A stretch of 64,000 bases of DNA from a virus: the IMG/VR virus record IMGVR_UViG_3300021376_000010; one strand, 5' to 3'. The notes under the pieces are model-generated. The model searched no databases. It saw only the letters and a program-made list of their open reading frames with translations, and was not told the origin of the DNA. This document shows, in pieces, positions 51,899-60,428 of the stretch. Every line of letters starts with the position of its first letter. The first letter of the stretch is position 1. The translations under genes were made by a program, and so were the position numbers.

Positions 51899-52492
51899 TC
51901 ATACGATAGTTTTACCGAACTGAGTGCAAAGATAAAATGCCATGTTTTTATCTTTCAGTTGCTTACCATTATAGCACAGAGGCACATAATAACCTTGCTT
52001 AGTTTTAGATGCTTTTGTGCGAATCTGAAGGAGTTTGTTAGGACCAGTAATCGTAGTCAGTTCCTTACCATTGGCATAACGATTGCGAATTTCATTACAA
52101 ATGTATTCATAATCTTCTGCAAGATGAACAAAATGAGTGGGGCAACTATCAAAGTTCATAACAGCAGTTCCAATGTAATCATTAGAACGTGTGAAACCAA
52201 CGTAGATAGTTTGAGCAAGTTTTTGTCCTACCTTGCTATCATAAAAACCCACTTGCTCATCAATAATTTCTTCAAGACAATGCTTAATTTGAGTTATAGC
52301 AATGCTCTCACCTTGAGTAAAAGTTTTGAGTTCACCATCAATCAAATCAGTCAGGGCAGAACTATTAAGAATACCCAGAGCATTTTCAATCAGTTGACCA
52401 CGGGCACCCTTATTCTTGCCAGGTTTATCAAATGCTGTGAAGTCAGTAACTTTCAGTTTAGCAGCAACTTGATTTGTGGACAGTTTGGGCAT
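51899..52492 (-). CDS. MutH/Sau3AI-family PD-(D/E)xK endonuclease (197 aa)
   Basis: NKGARGQLIE..LG, D....ELKT catalytic motif, LQIRTKA and AFYL match MutH/Sau3AI blocks. ATG at 52492 lies downstream of a promoter. Confidence 0.75.
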   Translation of the reverse strand: MPKLSTNQVAAKLKVTDFTAFDKPGKNKGARGQLIENALGILNSSALTDLIDGELKTFTQGESIAITQIKHCLEEIIDEQVGFYDSKVGQKLAQTIYVGFTRSNDYIGTAVMNFDSCPTHFVHLAEDYEYICNEIRNRYANGKELTTITGPNKLLQIRTKASKTKQGYYVPLCYNGKQLKDKNMAFYLCTQFGKTIV

Positions 52493-52513
52493 GTGTTCTT
52501 TGTGTGTGAATAC

Positions 52514-52571
52514 ACTGTAACCGATACAGGTGCAGAAGTCAAGGGGTTTGTGCCACAAGTTCAACTGGCAC
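52514..52571 (-). promoter_or_regulatory. Early promoter cassette driving the nuclease-dam operon
   Basis: GTGCCAG-N8-GTGGCAC, 7 bp, TTGACT-17-TACAGT. Confidence 0.8.
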
Positions 52572-52586
52572 ATGGACTCACAAGAC

Positions 52587-52751
52587 TCAACTGAGATTGT
52601 TTATGTATTTCTTCAGTAGATGTTTTCCCTTATCAACATCAAATCTATGTTCAAAGAGTTCCATAAGTTCCAACACTAGGTCAGCATATACAACTGGAAC
52701 TCTGATATGTTTAGTTTCACCTGATTTAGGAAACTTTTTACTAAATGGCAT
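52587..52751 (-). CDS. Small hypothetical protein (54 aa), possibly ribbon-helix-helix-like
   Basis: Manually translated MPFSKKFPKSGETKHIRVPVVYADLVLELM.. Confidence 0.55.
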   Translation of the reverse strand: MPFSKKFPKSGETKHIRVPVVYADLVLELMELFEHRFDVDKGKHLLKKYINNLS

Positions 52752-52783
52752 TACAATCTATGCGTGACACATAGAGATTTATA

Positions 52784-53080
52784 CTACTTCTTATCTCTCT
52801 TATCTTTAATTCCGTATTCATGCTTGATTTCTTGTCTAATATCATTTCTCAATTTATCAACGTGCTTCACATACTCTTTATGCTCTTCTTCTTCACGTTT
52901 TTGCTCTGACTCATGTTCTTTTCTTTCTTGCTCTTGCTCTCTTTGCTTCATAAATCTTTTCTTTCTGTTTTCAATGTCATCAAACTGTCTTTGTCTTGCT
53001 GCTGCAACTTTTGCAGCATAGACCTTTCTGTATGATTTTGCTTCTTCTAATTGTTGAAGAAATTGAGCAAAGGTTTTCAT
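52784..53080 (-). CDS. Charged coiled-coil hypothetical protein (98 aa)
   Basis: MKTF.QF N-terminus typical of T4-like late small proteins; CTAAATA late-like box upstream. Confidence 0.7.
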   Translation of the reverse strand: MKTFAQFLQQLEEAKSYRKVYAAKVAAARQRQFDDIENRKKRFMKQREQEQERKEHESEQKREEEEHKEYVKHVDKLRNDIRQEIKHEYGIKDKRDKK

Positions 53081-53107
53081 TGAAAAAGAAAGAAAATCTA
53101 AGGGTAT

Positions 53108-54343
53108 TTAGGCAGCAAGCACTTCACCCTTCACAAAGATGGTATCAACCACAGTCTGAAGTTGACGGGCAATCCTATCACCATAGTTGTTGTTGACAGG
53201 AATAGTGATAGTGCCAAAGGGTTTCTTATAGAAAGCAAACTCACCTGCTTTCATCTTACCTTCTGCGATTGCTTGTCTGTCATCACGGTGCATACGAATC
53301 ACACGACCAACAGTTTGTGCCATTTCAATTAGAGGAAGATTGCGAAGCATAATGCAATGAGTCAGACCGTGAACATTCATACCTTCAGACAAGATGCTGT
53401 AGTGAAACACAATGAACTTCTTGTCAGGGTCAGCACCAAACTCATTCATCTTCTCAAAGAAGACTTCACGAGACACTTTCTGTTTGTCAATATAAGCACC
53501 GTGCTTAGAAGTGATGTGCATAATAGTGTAACCCATCTCATTGAGTTGTTGCAGCAAATCACTTTCAGTGAACATTGCCCAAATTACTTTAGTGCTCGGT
53601 GCAGCAACAAGAACTTTAGGTGCATCACAATCAGAAATACCTGACAGAATCCCTACAATGTTCTCTGCATCTACAAAAGGTGCATTTTCCTTAGTGCGAA
53701 TGGTTTGTGCTTCATAAGGCACAACACGAGGAGGAATAATACTGCCTGCCTCGATGAGTTCTTGTGCAGGAATACTGATGATATTATTGCCATACACATC
53801 AGTATTATTCATCGACTCCTTACTGTTATTGAACTTAGGAGTTGCAGTAAAGAAATAAGCATTATCTGCAACTGCTGAAGTGTGTGCGATACCTACAAAG
53901 TTAGAAGGTTTCACACAGTGGTGTGCTTCATCGAAATACACAACATCAATGTTAATGTCTGCTTCATTCACCCGACCAATCGAATTGTAAGTGGTAAAGA
54001 TAAACTGATGCTTGCCACTTCCGATTGCTGTGTCATTGTATTCTGCAATGACAGATGGACGTGTAGAGGATTGATGATGAGTTTCACCACTATGAACGTG
54101 CATATAAGCAACGTTTTGCTCTTTGAGATATTCTTCGAACTCCGAACAGAGTTGATTTGCAAGCAGGATTCGAGGTGCAACAACAACAAACGTCATCGGT
54201 TCTTTTGCATTAAGAACACGTTGACGGGCATCTTCCATCATCACAACAGTCTTCCCACCACCAGTAGGAATATACACAGAACCCCTGATTGCTTTTTGCA
54301 CAGCATCAAGAGCACGTTGTTGATAAGGAAGAAGAGTCAGCAT
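53108..54343 (-). CDS. SF2 DEAD/ResIII-like helicase (411 aa)
   Basis: PTGGGKT, DEAHH, FTAT, LSEG, QTVGRVIR. Confidence 0.9.
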   Translation of the reverse strand: MLTLLPYQQRALDAVQKAIRGSVYIPTGGGKTVVMMEDARQRVLNAKEPMTFVVVAPRILLANQLCSEFEEYLKEQNVAYMHVHSGETHHQSSTRPSVIAEYNDTAIGSGKHQFIFTTYNSIGRVNEADINIDVVYFDEAHHCVKPSNFVGIAHTSAVADNAYFFTATPKFNNSKESMNNTDVYGNNIISIPAQELIEAGSIIPPRVVPYEAQTIRTKENAPFVDAENIVGILSGISDCDAPKVLVAAPSTKVIWAMFTESDLLQQLNEMGYTIMHITSKHGAYIDKQKVSREVFFEKMNEFGADPDKKFIVFHYSILSEGMNVHGLTHCIMLRNLPLIEMAQTVGRVIRMHRDDRQAIAEGKMKAGEFAFYKKPFGTITIPVNNNYGDRIARQLQTVVDTIFVKGEVLAA

Positions 54344-54373
54344 CAATAGGTCAGGTCACGTTTGTATTCATAC

Positions 54374-54430
54374 AGTATAGCACCCTCCCGTGGAATCGGG
54401 AAGGATGCTGGACGGTCTCACAAGTGGAAC
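54374..54430 (-). promoter_or_regulatory. Early promoter cassette
   Basis: Palindrome variant at 54409-54430, 29 bp, TGcTATACT. Confidence 0.7.
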
Positions 54431-54436
54431 AAAAGG

Positions 54437-54781
54437 TTAAGATTCCAACCACTCATAAAACTCAGAAATAGTCGGGAGTTCTTCTCCTTTCTCCATTGCA
54501 ATTTGACACATTAAATCATACATTTCAATCTCTGCTTCATCAAGTTGTTGATAAAACTCTTCATTATCTTGTTCTGGTTCATGATAATGATGAACTTCTA
54601 CAACTTGAGATTGTGATTGGGCAACTGGTACTTGATTATAGGTGGCAACTCTTTTGCCACCAGTCATACTCAATGCTGCATTTTGAGCATCGACATAGTT
54701 AAAACTTCCAGGAACTTTAACTGTCTCGTAAATACCAGTTTGAGTAATAACTTGTATTTCCCATTCCCAATCTGACATCAA
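54437..54781 (-). CDS. Hypothetical protein (114 aa)
   Basis: ORF track. Confidence 0.7.
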   Translation of the reverse strand: MMSDWEWEIQVITQTGIYETVKVPGSFNYVDAQNAALSMTGGKRVATYNQVPVAQSQSQVVEVHHYHEPEQDNEEFYQQLDEAEIEMYDLMCQIAMEKGEELPTISEFYEWLES

Positions 54782-55002
54782 ACAAACTCCGCAAGGTAAT
54801 AATCAACAGTCACTTCAAGTTCTGCTGCTTTACGTTCAATTTCCATTGCATACTCATCTGCAAACTCGTCAGAGTCATGATTGCAAAAGAGGTCAAGAGT
54901 AGATTCATGCATCGTGTTTATCTTGCGAATTAAGTGAATGAAGGCAATAATTAAATCCAACAGATACTCCCAGAAGTATCAAATATACTATCAAATAAGT
55001 CA

Positions 55003-55380
55003 TCAGAACTCAATCGGTTCAAGAGTTGGTTTAGCAAATCCAAACTCACTCGGACACACTTCCTCAAACTTATCAGTTCCAGGAACTTGCTTATAGCAAT
55101 GCAAAGAACCCTCAAGTTTCTTATTGAGTTCAGGATTGACCTTATCAACCTCCACAGAGTCATTATACACATCAGCAGGAGTGTTGTCAACCTCAAAGAT
55201 AATCAGGTTGATACAAGCATCCTTTGCCTCTTTGAGTGTCTTAGAAACATGCTGAGGAGTATCTACAACATCAGTCACAATCCACTTAGATGCAGTTGCT
55301 TTACGAATGAATCCAACAGTGTTAGAATCCTTCTGAACTTCGTAGATACCAGCAGACAAACGGGTGAAGTTAATAGTCAT
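55003..55380 (-). CDS. Hypothetical protein (125 aa)
   Basis: ORF track. Confidence 0.75.
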   Translation of the reverse strand: MTINFTRLSAGIYEVQKDSNTVGFIRKATASKWIVTDVVDTPQHVSKTLKEAKDACINLIIFEVDNTPADVYNDSVEVDKVNPELNKKLEGSLHCYKQVPGTDKFEEVCPSEFGFAKPTLEPIEF

Positions 55381-55553
55381 AATCAGTTTTGTTCGATTTC
55401 AGTTACTTCAACAAAAACAATAGTTTCTGCCCATTCTAGGATTGCCTGCTCCCTTGTTTCCGCATAAACATAATCAGGAAACTCAAATCCAGGAGCAGTA
55501 ATAGCAAACTGCTTCACTTTTTTACCATTAACTTGTGTAAGTGTCATAATCAA

Positions 55554-55802
55554 TCAAACAGCAACAGAGAACTCAGGAAGAATACTGAAAGAACCACAGA
55601 ACTTGCGAACCCATTGAAGAGTATCAGCATAGCAACGAGGTTCACTCATCACCATACTTACATCCTTGCGAGGATTGTATGCAACAGCAACATAACGGTA
55701 GCAATCAGGAGATTCCTCAATCTCTTGAATCCACATCTGATTCACATTACCATCGTGCCAATCCCAACGGGAAGTGGTGTAGTGAAACACATCAAGAATC
55801 AT
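55554..55802 (-). CDS. Hypothetical protein (~82 aa)
   Basis: ORF track; AGGAG RBS after the promoter. Confidence 0.65.
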   Translation of the reverse strand: MILDVFHYTTSRWDWHDGNVNQMWIQEIEESPDCYRYVAVAYNPRKDVSMVMSEPRCYADTLQWVRKFCGSFSILPEFSVAV

Positions 55803-55828
55803 ATGGTCTCCTTTGCTTGTGTCCCTGT

Positions 55829-55886
55829 ATTATAGGGCATCAGGGGGTGCCACGGGACTTTACAGTGCCACCTCTACAAGTGGCAT
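55829..55886 (-). promoter_or_regulatory. Early promoter cassette
   Basis: GTGCCACCTCTACAAGTGGCAT (55865-55886), 30 bp, TATAAT. Confidence 0.8.
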
Positions 55887-56117
55887 ATCGGTATCATAAA
55901 CCGACTCCCTTGATGTCACATATTCAAGTTGATTCCATTGGTTCTGATAGCACAGAATAAGAAGGTGGTCTTTCTTATGAAAGGAACCTTTGTTGCAGAG
56001 TTTATCCTTTACTGCAATCTCAATAGAAATGTACTCCTCATCTTTGAAATACACCCATCCCTCCATGTGTTTCCATTTGACATAATCATTAACTTTTGGA
56101 ATGTAATGAAATGGCAT
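55860..56117 (-). CDS. Hypothetical protein (85 aa)
   Basis: P.VNDYV.W..EGWVYF..EYISIE. Confidence 0.7.
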   Translation of the reverse strand: MPFHYIPKVNDYVKWKHMEGWVYFKDEEYISIEIAVKDKLCNKGSFHKKDHLLILCYQNQWNQLEYVTSRESVYDTDMPLVEVAL

Positions 56118-56150
56118 CTGTCAATTAAACAACTTCTTTAATTTATACAA

Positions 56151-56357
56151 TCATTCAACATTACAATCTGGATGCCAACCTGCCTGCCTCTCGCACCAAG
56201 TCTTTAGAGAATTGCTTGGTGGATACTTCAACCGTTCAATGCCTACTGCTTTATCATAAGCATCAAACATTTTTTTATCACGTTGAATAATAAAGGAGTT
56301 CCATAAAAGAACTGCAATAAATGCGAGAAAAATGTAAGCAGTAGTTTTAGAGTTCAT
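56151..56357 (-). CDS. Small membrane-anchored hypothetical protein (68 aa)
   Basis: N-terminal hydrophobic helix; C-terminal C..WHPDC. Confidence 0.65.
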   Translation of the reverse strand: MNSKTTAYIFLAFIAVLLWNSFIIQRDKKMFDAYDKAVGIERLKYPPSNSLKTWCERQAGWHPDCNVE

Positions 56358-56764
56358 TTGTAAAGATAACCTCCTGCCCAGTCAGCACGTTGATACATTT
56401 CCTGACGAGACTTCTCATCAGCAAGATTAAACCTCACACCATTCTTTGCAGGTGCTTTCCAAGATGCAGACTTATATACATCACCAGTGCTCAAGTCAAC
56501 AAATGCGTGAGCACTGCGTTGACCTTCGGGTGTGTGCATTATAATCTTTGCATACTTCCTTGCTTTATCACAAGTGAAATTATAGAGTCCTTCACCCATA
56601 GAAAGTTCATCAATGCACTTTTGGTGATAGTCTACATTCTCACCTTTGGTAATGTATTCTTGATGACGTGCAATAGAATATGATTGAAAGTTGGTGCGAA
56701 GAACATCGCAAAATTGTTGTATCAAATCAAGGATTTGTTCTTGCACTAGAGTGGTGTTGTTCAT
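56354..56764 (-). CDS. Conserved phage hypothetical protein (136 aa)
   Basis: RKYAKI..SAHAFVD..TGDVYK.ASWKAPAK..RFNL..WAGGYLY motif. Confidence 0.8.
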   Translation of the reverse strand: MNNTTLVQEQILDLIQQFCDVLRTNFQSYSIARHQEYITKGENVDYHQKCIDELSMGEGLYNFTCDKARKYAKIIMHTPEGQRSAHAFVDLSTGDVYKSASWKAPAKNGVRFNLADEKSRQEMYQRADWAGGYLYK

Positions 56765-57082
56765 CCGTTGTTTAACTCGTTTGTAATGACTTCAATTCGT
56801 TTGATTTTCTCAGTGAGAGATTTGATTTTAGAAACTATAAAATCATAATCATCTTGTGTTTTACCCATCAGTGCCTCATCAATTCTTTCAAAGGCAGCAG
56901 CAGTTTGTATGGTCAGTTTCATTATTCAGTTGTTCCTACACTTACATCTGGTTCAGAATCATCATACTCAAGGATTGCTTCTCCCGCATCATGATTCAGT
57001 TGCTCGTAAATGCTTTCATAAATCCAATCGCAAGAGGGTTGGTCATCCTCCAGGACAAGTTTAACAGTGATAGTAACTTCTT

Positions 57083-57349
57083 TCATTTTTTGATAGTTTT
57101 CTTGATTTTTAGACGGGCAATTTCATCATCAATAATCTCACCGATTTGCTCGTAAATGTAATCGGTGTTTCCTACCTCATAAAGAACTTCACAAACATCT
57201 TCATCGGGAAGATAGATTTCATCATTGTTTTCATCCATCTCGAATACATCAGCAGGACTGAAAACAAATGCAGCAACGTAGGCATCTTCACCATAAGTTG
57301 CAATCAGGTCATCAACCCGTTGTTTTAGGTCAGCAAGGTTACGATACAT
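57083..57349 (-). CDS. Acidic hypothetical protein (88 aa)
   Basis: ORF track; similar to 43809-44105. Confidence 0.75.
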   Translation of the reverse strand: MYRNLADLKQRVDDLIATYGEDAYVAAFVFSPADVFEMDENNDEIYLPDEDVCEVLYEVGNTDYIYEQIGEIIDDEIARLKIKKTIKK

Positions 57350-57670
57350 AATCAGAAGGAAATGTAAGGGTGCTCGGGGTCAAGGACATCAACAGTTTTA
57401 TCTGTGAAATGAAAACCATTCATCGGATAAAACTCATCATCACCCATGTCATAGATTGTCACATCCATCTTCAACTGCTCCAGAGTGAGAGTCTGAAGAA
57501 TCTCCAGAAGATTTTGATAAGTCATTTAATTACTTCGAGTTTGCGTTTAATGTGCTGAAGTGCTTGTTTTCTTGCTTTGAGTTTCCCTTTGCAAGAACCT
57601 TTAGTGTTCTTTTGCTTGCCAGAGTTATGCTGCCAATTCGGTGTCATTCCTCCCCTTTGCTTGTCTCCAT

Positions 57671-57728
57671 AGTATAACACCCCTCCCAAGCAAATGGAAG
57701 GGGTGATGGACAGTGCAACAAGTGGCAC
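57671..57728 (-). promoter_or_regulatory. Early promoter cassette
   Basis: TGGACAG-N8-GTGGCAC (57707-57728), 30 bp, TGtTATACT. Confidence 0.75.
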
Positions 57729-57890
57729 ACTGACTATTTTTTGAGAGACCTATTTTCTAACCCATTTACACCCATTCCTTTCTTAATCATTTTCATCATT
57801 GCTTCTTGTGCAGATTCAAGATTAAAGTAGCAAGCAAACTTAGTTTCACCCATAAGTTCATACTCTACAGTATAAAACTCATCATCGAGT

Positions 57891-58367
57891 TTAGGCATAA
57901 GAGTATTCTTTCCATTCAGGAACATTCGACCTATCCAGAGAGAATAACATCTTATTGATTGGTTTTCTTGGAACAGATTGAAGAACTAAATTAGTATCTT
58001 CAAGAAGTTTATCACTCTTTTTAGTATTGCAAGGCATACAAGCAACAACTAGATTCTCCCAAGTATCTTGTCCACCACGGGAACGAGGAATAATGTGGTC
58101 AATGGTAAGTTCTTTTGTTGAACCACAATACTGACACTTGTGACCATCACGTTTGTAAATCATTGTCCTTGATGGTTTGTTTTGTGCGAGTTTCTCATAC
58201 GGCAACTTAATGTAATTAACCAGACGGATAACTCTTTTGCCAAGTGCCTGTGCCTTATTCTTCATAAGCAGCACAATTGCTCTCTTCCAATTAGTGAAGT
58301 TGATTGGTTCGTAAGATGCGTTTAGAACAAGTATTGTTTGATTTGGTTCAATTTGTAAGTAGTCCAT
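57891..58367 (-). CDS. HNH endonuclease (McrA-like family, 158 aa)
   Basis: LVLNASYEP, RDGHKCQYCG, LTIDHIIPRSRGG..WENLV.AC..CN..K. Confidence 0.9.
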   Translation of the reverse strand: MDYLQIEPNQTILVLNASYEPINFTNWKRAIVLLMKNKAQALGKRVIRLVNYIKLPYEKLAQNKPSRTMIYKRDGHKCQYCGSTKELTIDHIIPRSRGGQDTWENLVVACMPCNTKKSDKLLEDTNLVLQSVPRKPINKMLFSLDRSNVPEWKEYSYA

Positions 58368-58416
58368 CGACCTATTGAGTGTTTAGTAAGTGGGGAGATT
58401 CTACCTCCCCTTATAT

Positions 58417-59187
58417 CTAGATGTCAAAGAACAAATCTGGATTGCATCCAGTATTTTGACCAGGATAACCACCAGGATTACAAACCACTCGGCAACCTTC
58501 AATCATATAATCAAAAGCATTGTGAGTATGTCCGTGAACCCAGTATTTGATTTGAGGATGATTTAGAATGAGAGTATCAAGATTACTACAATAAGCACCA
58601 TTTGCATTCTTTTTGTATTCCTGAGGAATCGACTGATAACTTGGTGCGTGATGACTGATGACAAATACGTTTTCATTCAGTGTTTGTAGTTGATTCAACA
58701 GATACTTCTTACTGTCCTTATGGAAATTAAGAGTATCAGTTGGATTCAGTTTCCGATACTTTGGAGTGATACGAATAACTTTGTAGTCATTCATACACTG
58801 TGCTGCTTCCATCATCTCTAGAGCATTTTCATTTCTAAAGTCAGTCCAGAGAGTGAAACCTATAAAGTTCCAGTCTCCAATCTTAACTGTGTCATTATCA
58901 AGGATTTGAAAATTATTAGGAAGATGCTCTTTTATTTTTTTCTTACTTCCTTCGTAATTGTATCCATAGTATTCGTGATTTCCAAATACATAAAGAACTT
59001 TATCATAGTTCTTGCTGCAATCATCCAAGAATCTATCATAGACTGCGTGGATATAACCATTAGTCTTGAAATGCTTGGCATTAAGAATATCACCAGCAAG
59101 AACTAGAACATCACCCTCACCAACAGGATACACCTGACAGGCAGTAAAATGCTCCAGGTGTAAATCACTAAGAACTTTGAGTTTCAT
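58417..59187 (-). CDS. Calcineurin-like metallophosphoesterase (256 aa)
   Basis: SDLH, AGD, GNHE, SHH.P, HGHTH motifs. Confidence 0.92.
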   Translation of the reverse strand: MKLKVLSDLHLEHFTACQVYPVGEGDVLVLAGDILNAKHFKTNGYIHAVYDRFLDDCSKNYDKVLYVFGNHEYYGYNYEGSKKKIKEHLPNNFQILDNDTVKIGDWNFIGFTLWTDFRNENALEMMEAAQCMNDYKVIRITPKYRKLNPTDTLNFHKDSKKYLLNQLQTLNENVFVISHHAPSYQSIPQEYKKNANGAYCSNLDTLILNHPQIKYWVHGHTHNAFDYMIEGCRVVCNPGGYPGQNTGCNPDLFFDI

Positions 59188-59202
59188 GATAAGAAGGAAT
59201 AA

Positions 59203-59276
59203 CGTCTCAGGTAGGATTCGAACCTACGACTAACCGCTTAGAAGGCGGATACTCTTGTCCACTGAGTTACTGAGAC
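59203..59276 (-). tRNA. tRNA-Arg (anticodon TCT)
   Basis: GTCTCAG/CTGAGAC acceptor stem, anticodon arm CCGC-CTTCTAA-GCGG, T-loop GGTTCGAATCC; CCA not encoded. Confidence 0.95.
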
Positions 59277-59280
59277 ATAA

Positions 59281-59370
59281 ACCTCCAGGTTTGTGCATTG
59301 TTAAGAGGCATAGGAGGTGTGGGTCTTACTCAAAGTTTGGACCTTTGATGCCCGTAAGAATTAACCGTGA
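59281..59370 (-). ncRNA. Putative structured RNA immediately 5' of tRNA-Arg
   Basis: Stems CTTAC/GTAAG, TCAAAG/CTTTGA and ACCTCC/GGAGGT; possible GGG/CCC pseudoknot. Confidence 0.45.
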
Positions 59371-59372
59371 AA

Positions 59373-59516
59373 TTAAGCACCTACAGGATGCTCAACTTCG
59401 ATTTCATCTTCGTCACCGAGACCAAGTTGAAGATTTACATAATCTTCATAATCAACACCGAGAAACTTCTGTGCGAAGTCCTCGTAGTCATCGTGAAGAA
59501 TACAAGTGTCAATCAT
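59373..59516 (-). CDS. Acidic hypothetical protein (47 aa)
   Basis: Manually translated MIDTCILHDDYEDFAQKFLG..; strong AGGAGG RBS. Confidence 0.7.
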   Translation of the reverse strand: MIDTCILHDDYEDFAQKFLGVDYEDYVNLQLGLGDEDEIEVEHPVGA

Positions 59517-59544
59517 CTTGAAACCTCCTTGACTTGATGAATAC

Positions 59545-59602
59545 ATCATAGCAGATGTGGGGGCATCTGTAAAGTGTTATGTTCCAGAAGGATTAGTGGC
59601 AC
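59545..59602 (-). promoter_or_regulatory. Early promoter cassette upstream of the small ORF and tRNA
   Basis: Palindrome variant at 59581-59602, 7 bp, TTTACA-17-TATGAT. Confidence 0.75.
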
Positions 59603-59766
59603 AAGGGTATCAAACGTCATACCACTTGTATTCATTGAAGTGTTCCCTATAAAAGAACTCATCAATTTCATTGTCAACATCATTCAAGAGTTGATTGTAG
59701 TGTTTCATCCCTTGAGTGCAAACAAGTTCAAGAACCTCAAAGTTTTTTTGACAATAACCATAGGTA

Positions 59767-60033
59767 TCAGGTTTTAGCATTGTCTTCGAGTTCGACTCCG
59801 AATCGTTGGAGGACATAAGGGAAACATTCAGCACATTCTTGAATGATGTAATCTTCTTGGTTATCATCACATTGCTTATGCAAGTCTTGAAGAAGACTAT
59901 CTGCATAAGAACGGATAATATCCTTCGGGTCCATTGAATCAATTACTTCATCAACAAACTCTTGAAGGAAGTTATCCCTAACTGTTGTATTTTCGACTAA
60001 TTCGTTTGCAAATTCACTAGCAGTTTTTGCCAT
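59767..60033 (-). CDS. Acidic hypothetical protein (88 aa)
   Basis: ORF track, start adjusted to MAKTAS. Confidence 0.7.
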   Translation of the reverse strand: MAKTASEFANELVENTTVRDNFLQEFVDEVIDSMDPKDIIRSYADSLLQDLHKQCDDNQEDYIIQECAECFPYVLQRFGVELEDNAKT

Positions 60034-60034
60034 G

Positions 60035-60265
60035 TCAATAAGATTCAATTTCCGCAAGTTTCTTTTGTTGACGCAATTCTTTGACAATCATCTGAAGTTC
60101 AGAGATGTCTTCATTTAGAATTGTAAGGTCATCATACATCATCTCTGCTTGATAAGCACTCCTACACTTTTTGTATTGCTTTGAGAGTTTATCGAACTTT
60201 TTCTTTGCTTCCTTGAGGTCTTTCTCATACTCGGGAAGTGTTTTTTCGAATTGTTGATAATTCAT
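60035..60265 (-). CDS. Coiled-coil hypothetical protein (76 aa)
   Basis: ORF track. Confidence 0.7.
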   Translation of the reverse strand: MNYQQFEKTLPEYEKDLKEAKKKFDKLSKQYKKCRSAYQAEMMYDDLTILNEDISELQMIVKELRQQKKLAEIESY

Positions 60266-60405
60266 TTGCGATAAGGACTAGACCAGTAAGAACGAAAAAC
60301 GGAATAAACAATAACAACAGTGCTGATAACACCAACCAAACCAATAAGGGTAATGGCATCACCTGTAAATTGATAAGTACCTGTAAATTGATAAGTTTCG
60401 GGCAT
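60262..60405 (-). CDS. Small single-pass membrane protein (47 aa) with a duplicated TYQFTG
   Basis: Manually translated MPETYQFTGTYQFTGDAITLIGLVGVISTVVIVYSVFRSYWSSPYRK; GAGGT RBS. Confidence 0.7.
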   Translation of the reverse strand: MPETYQFTGTYQFTGDAITLIGLVGVISTVVIVYSVFRSYWSSPYRK

Positions 60406-60428
60406 AACCTCGATTTGTTTACCTTGTA

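Noticed and set aside
53108-54343. Helicase as the Res subunit of a type III RM system with the nearby dam
   Set aside because: No nuclease domain, the MTase is Dam/D12 class rather than Mod, and the genes are in separate promoter cassettes
59203-59276. tRNA as a prophage attachment site
   Set aside because: No integrase or duplicated tRNA 3' end, and phage genes continue on both sides
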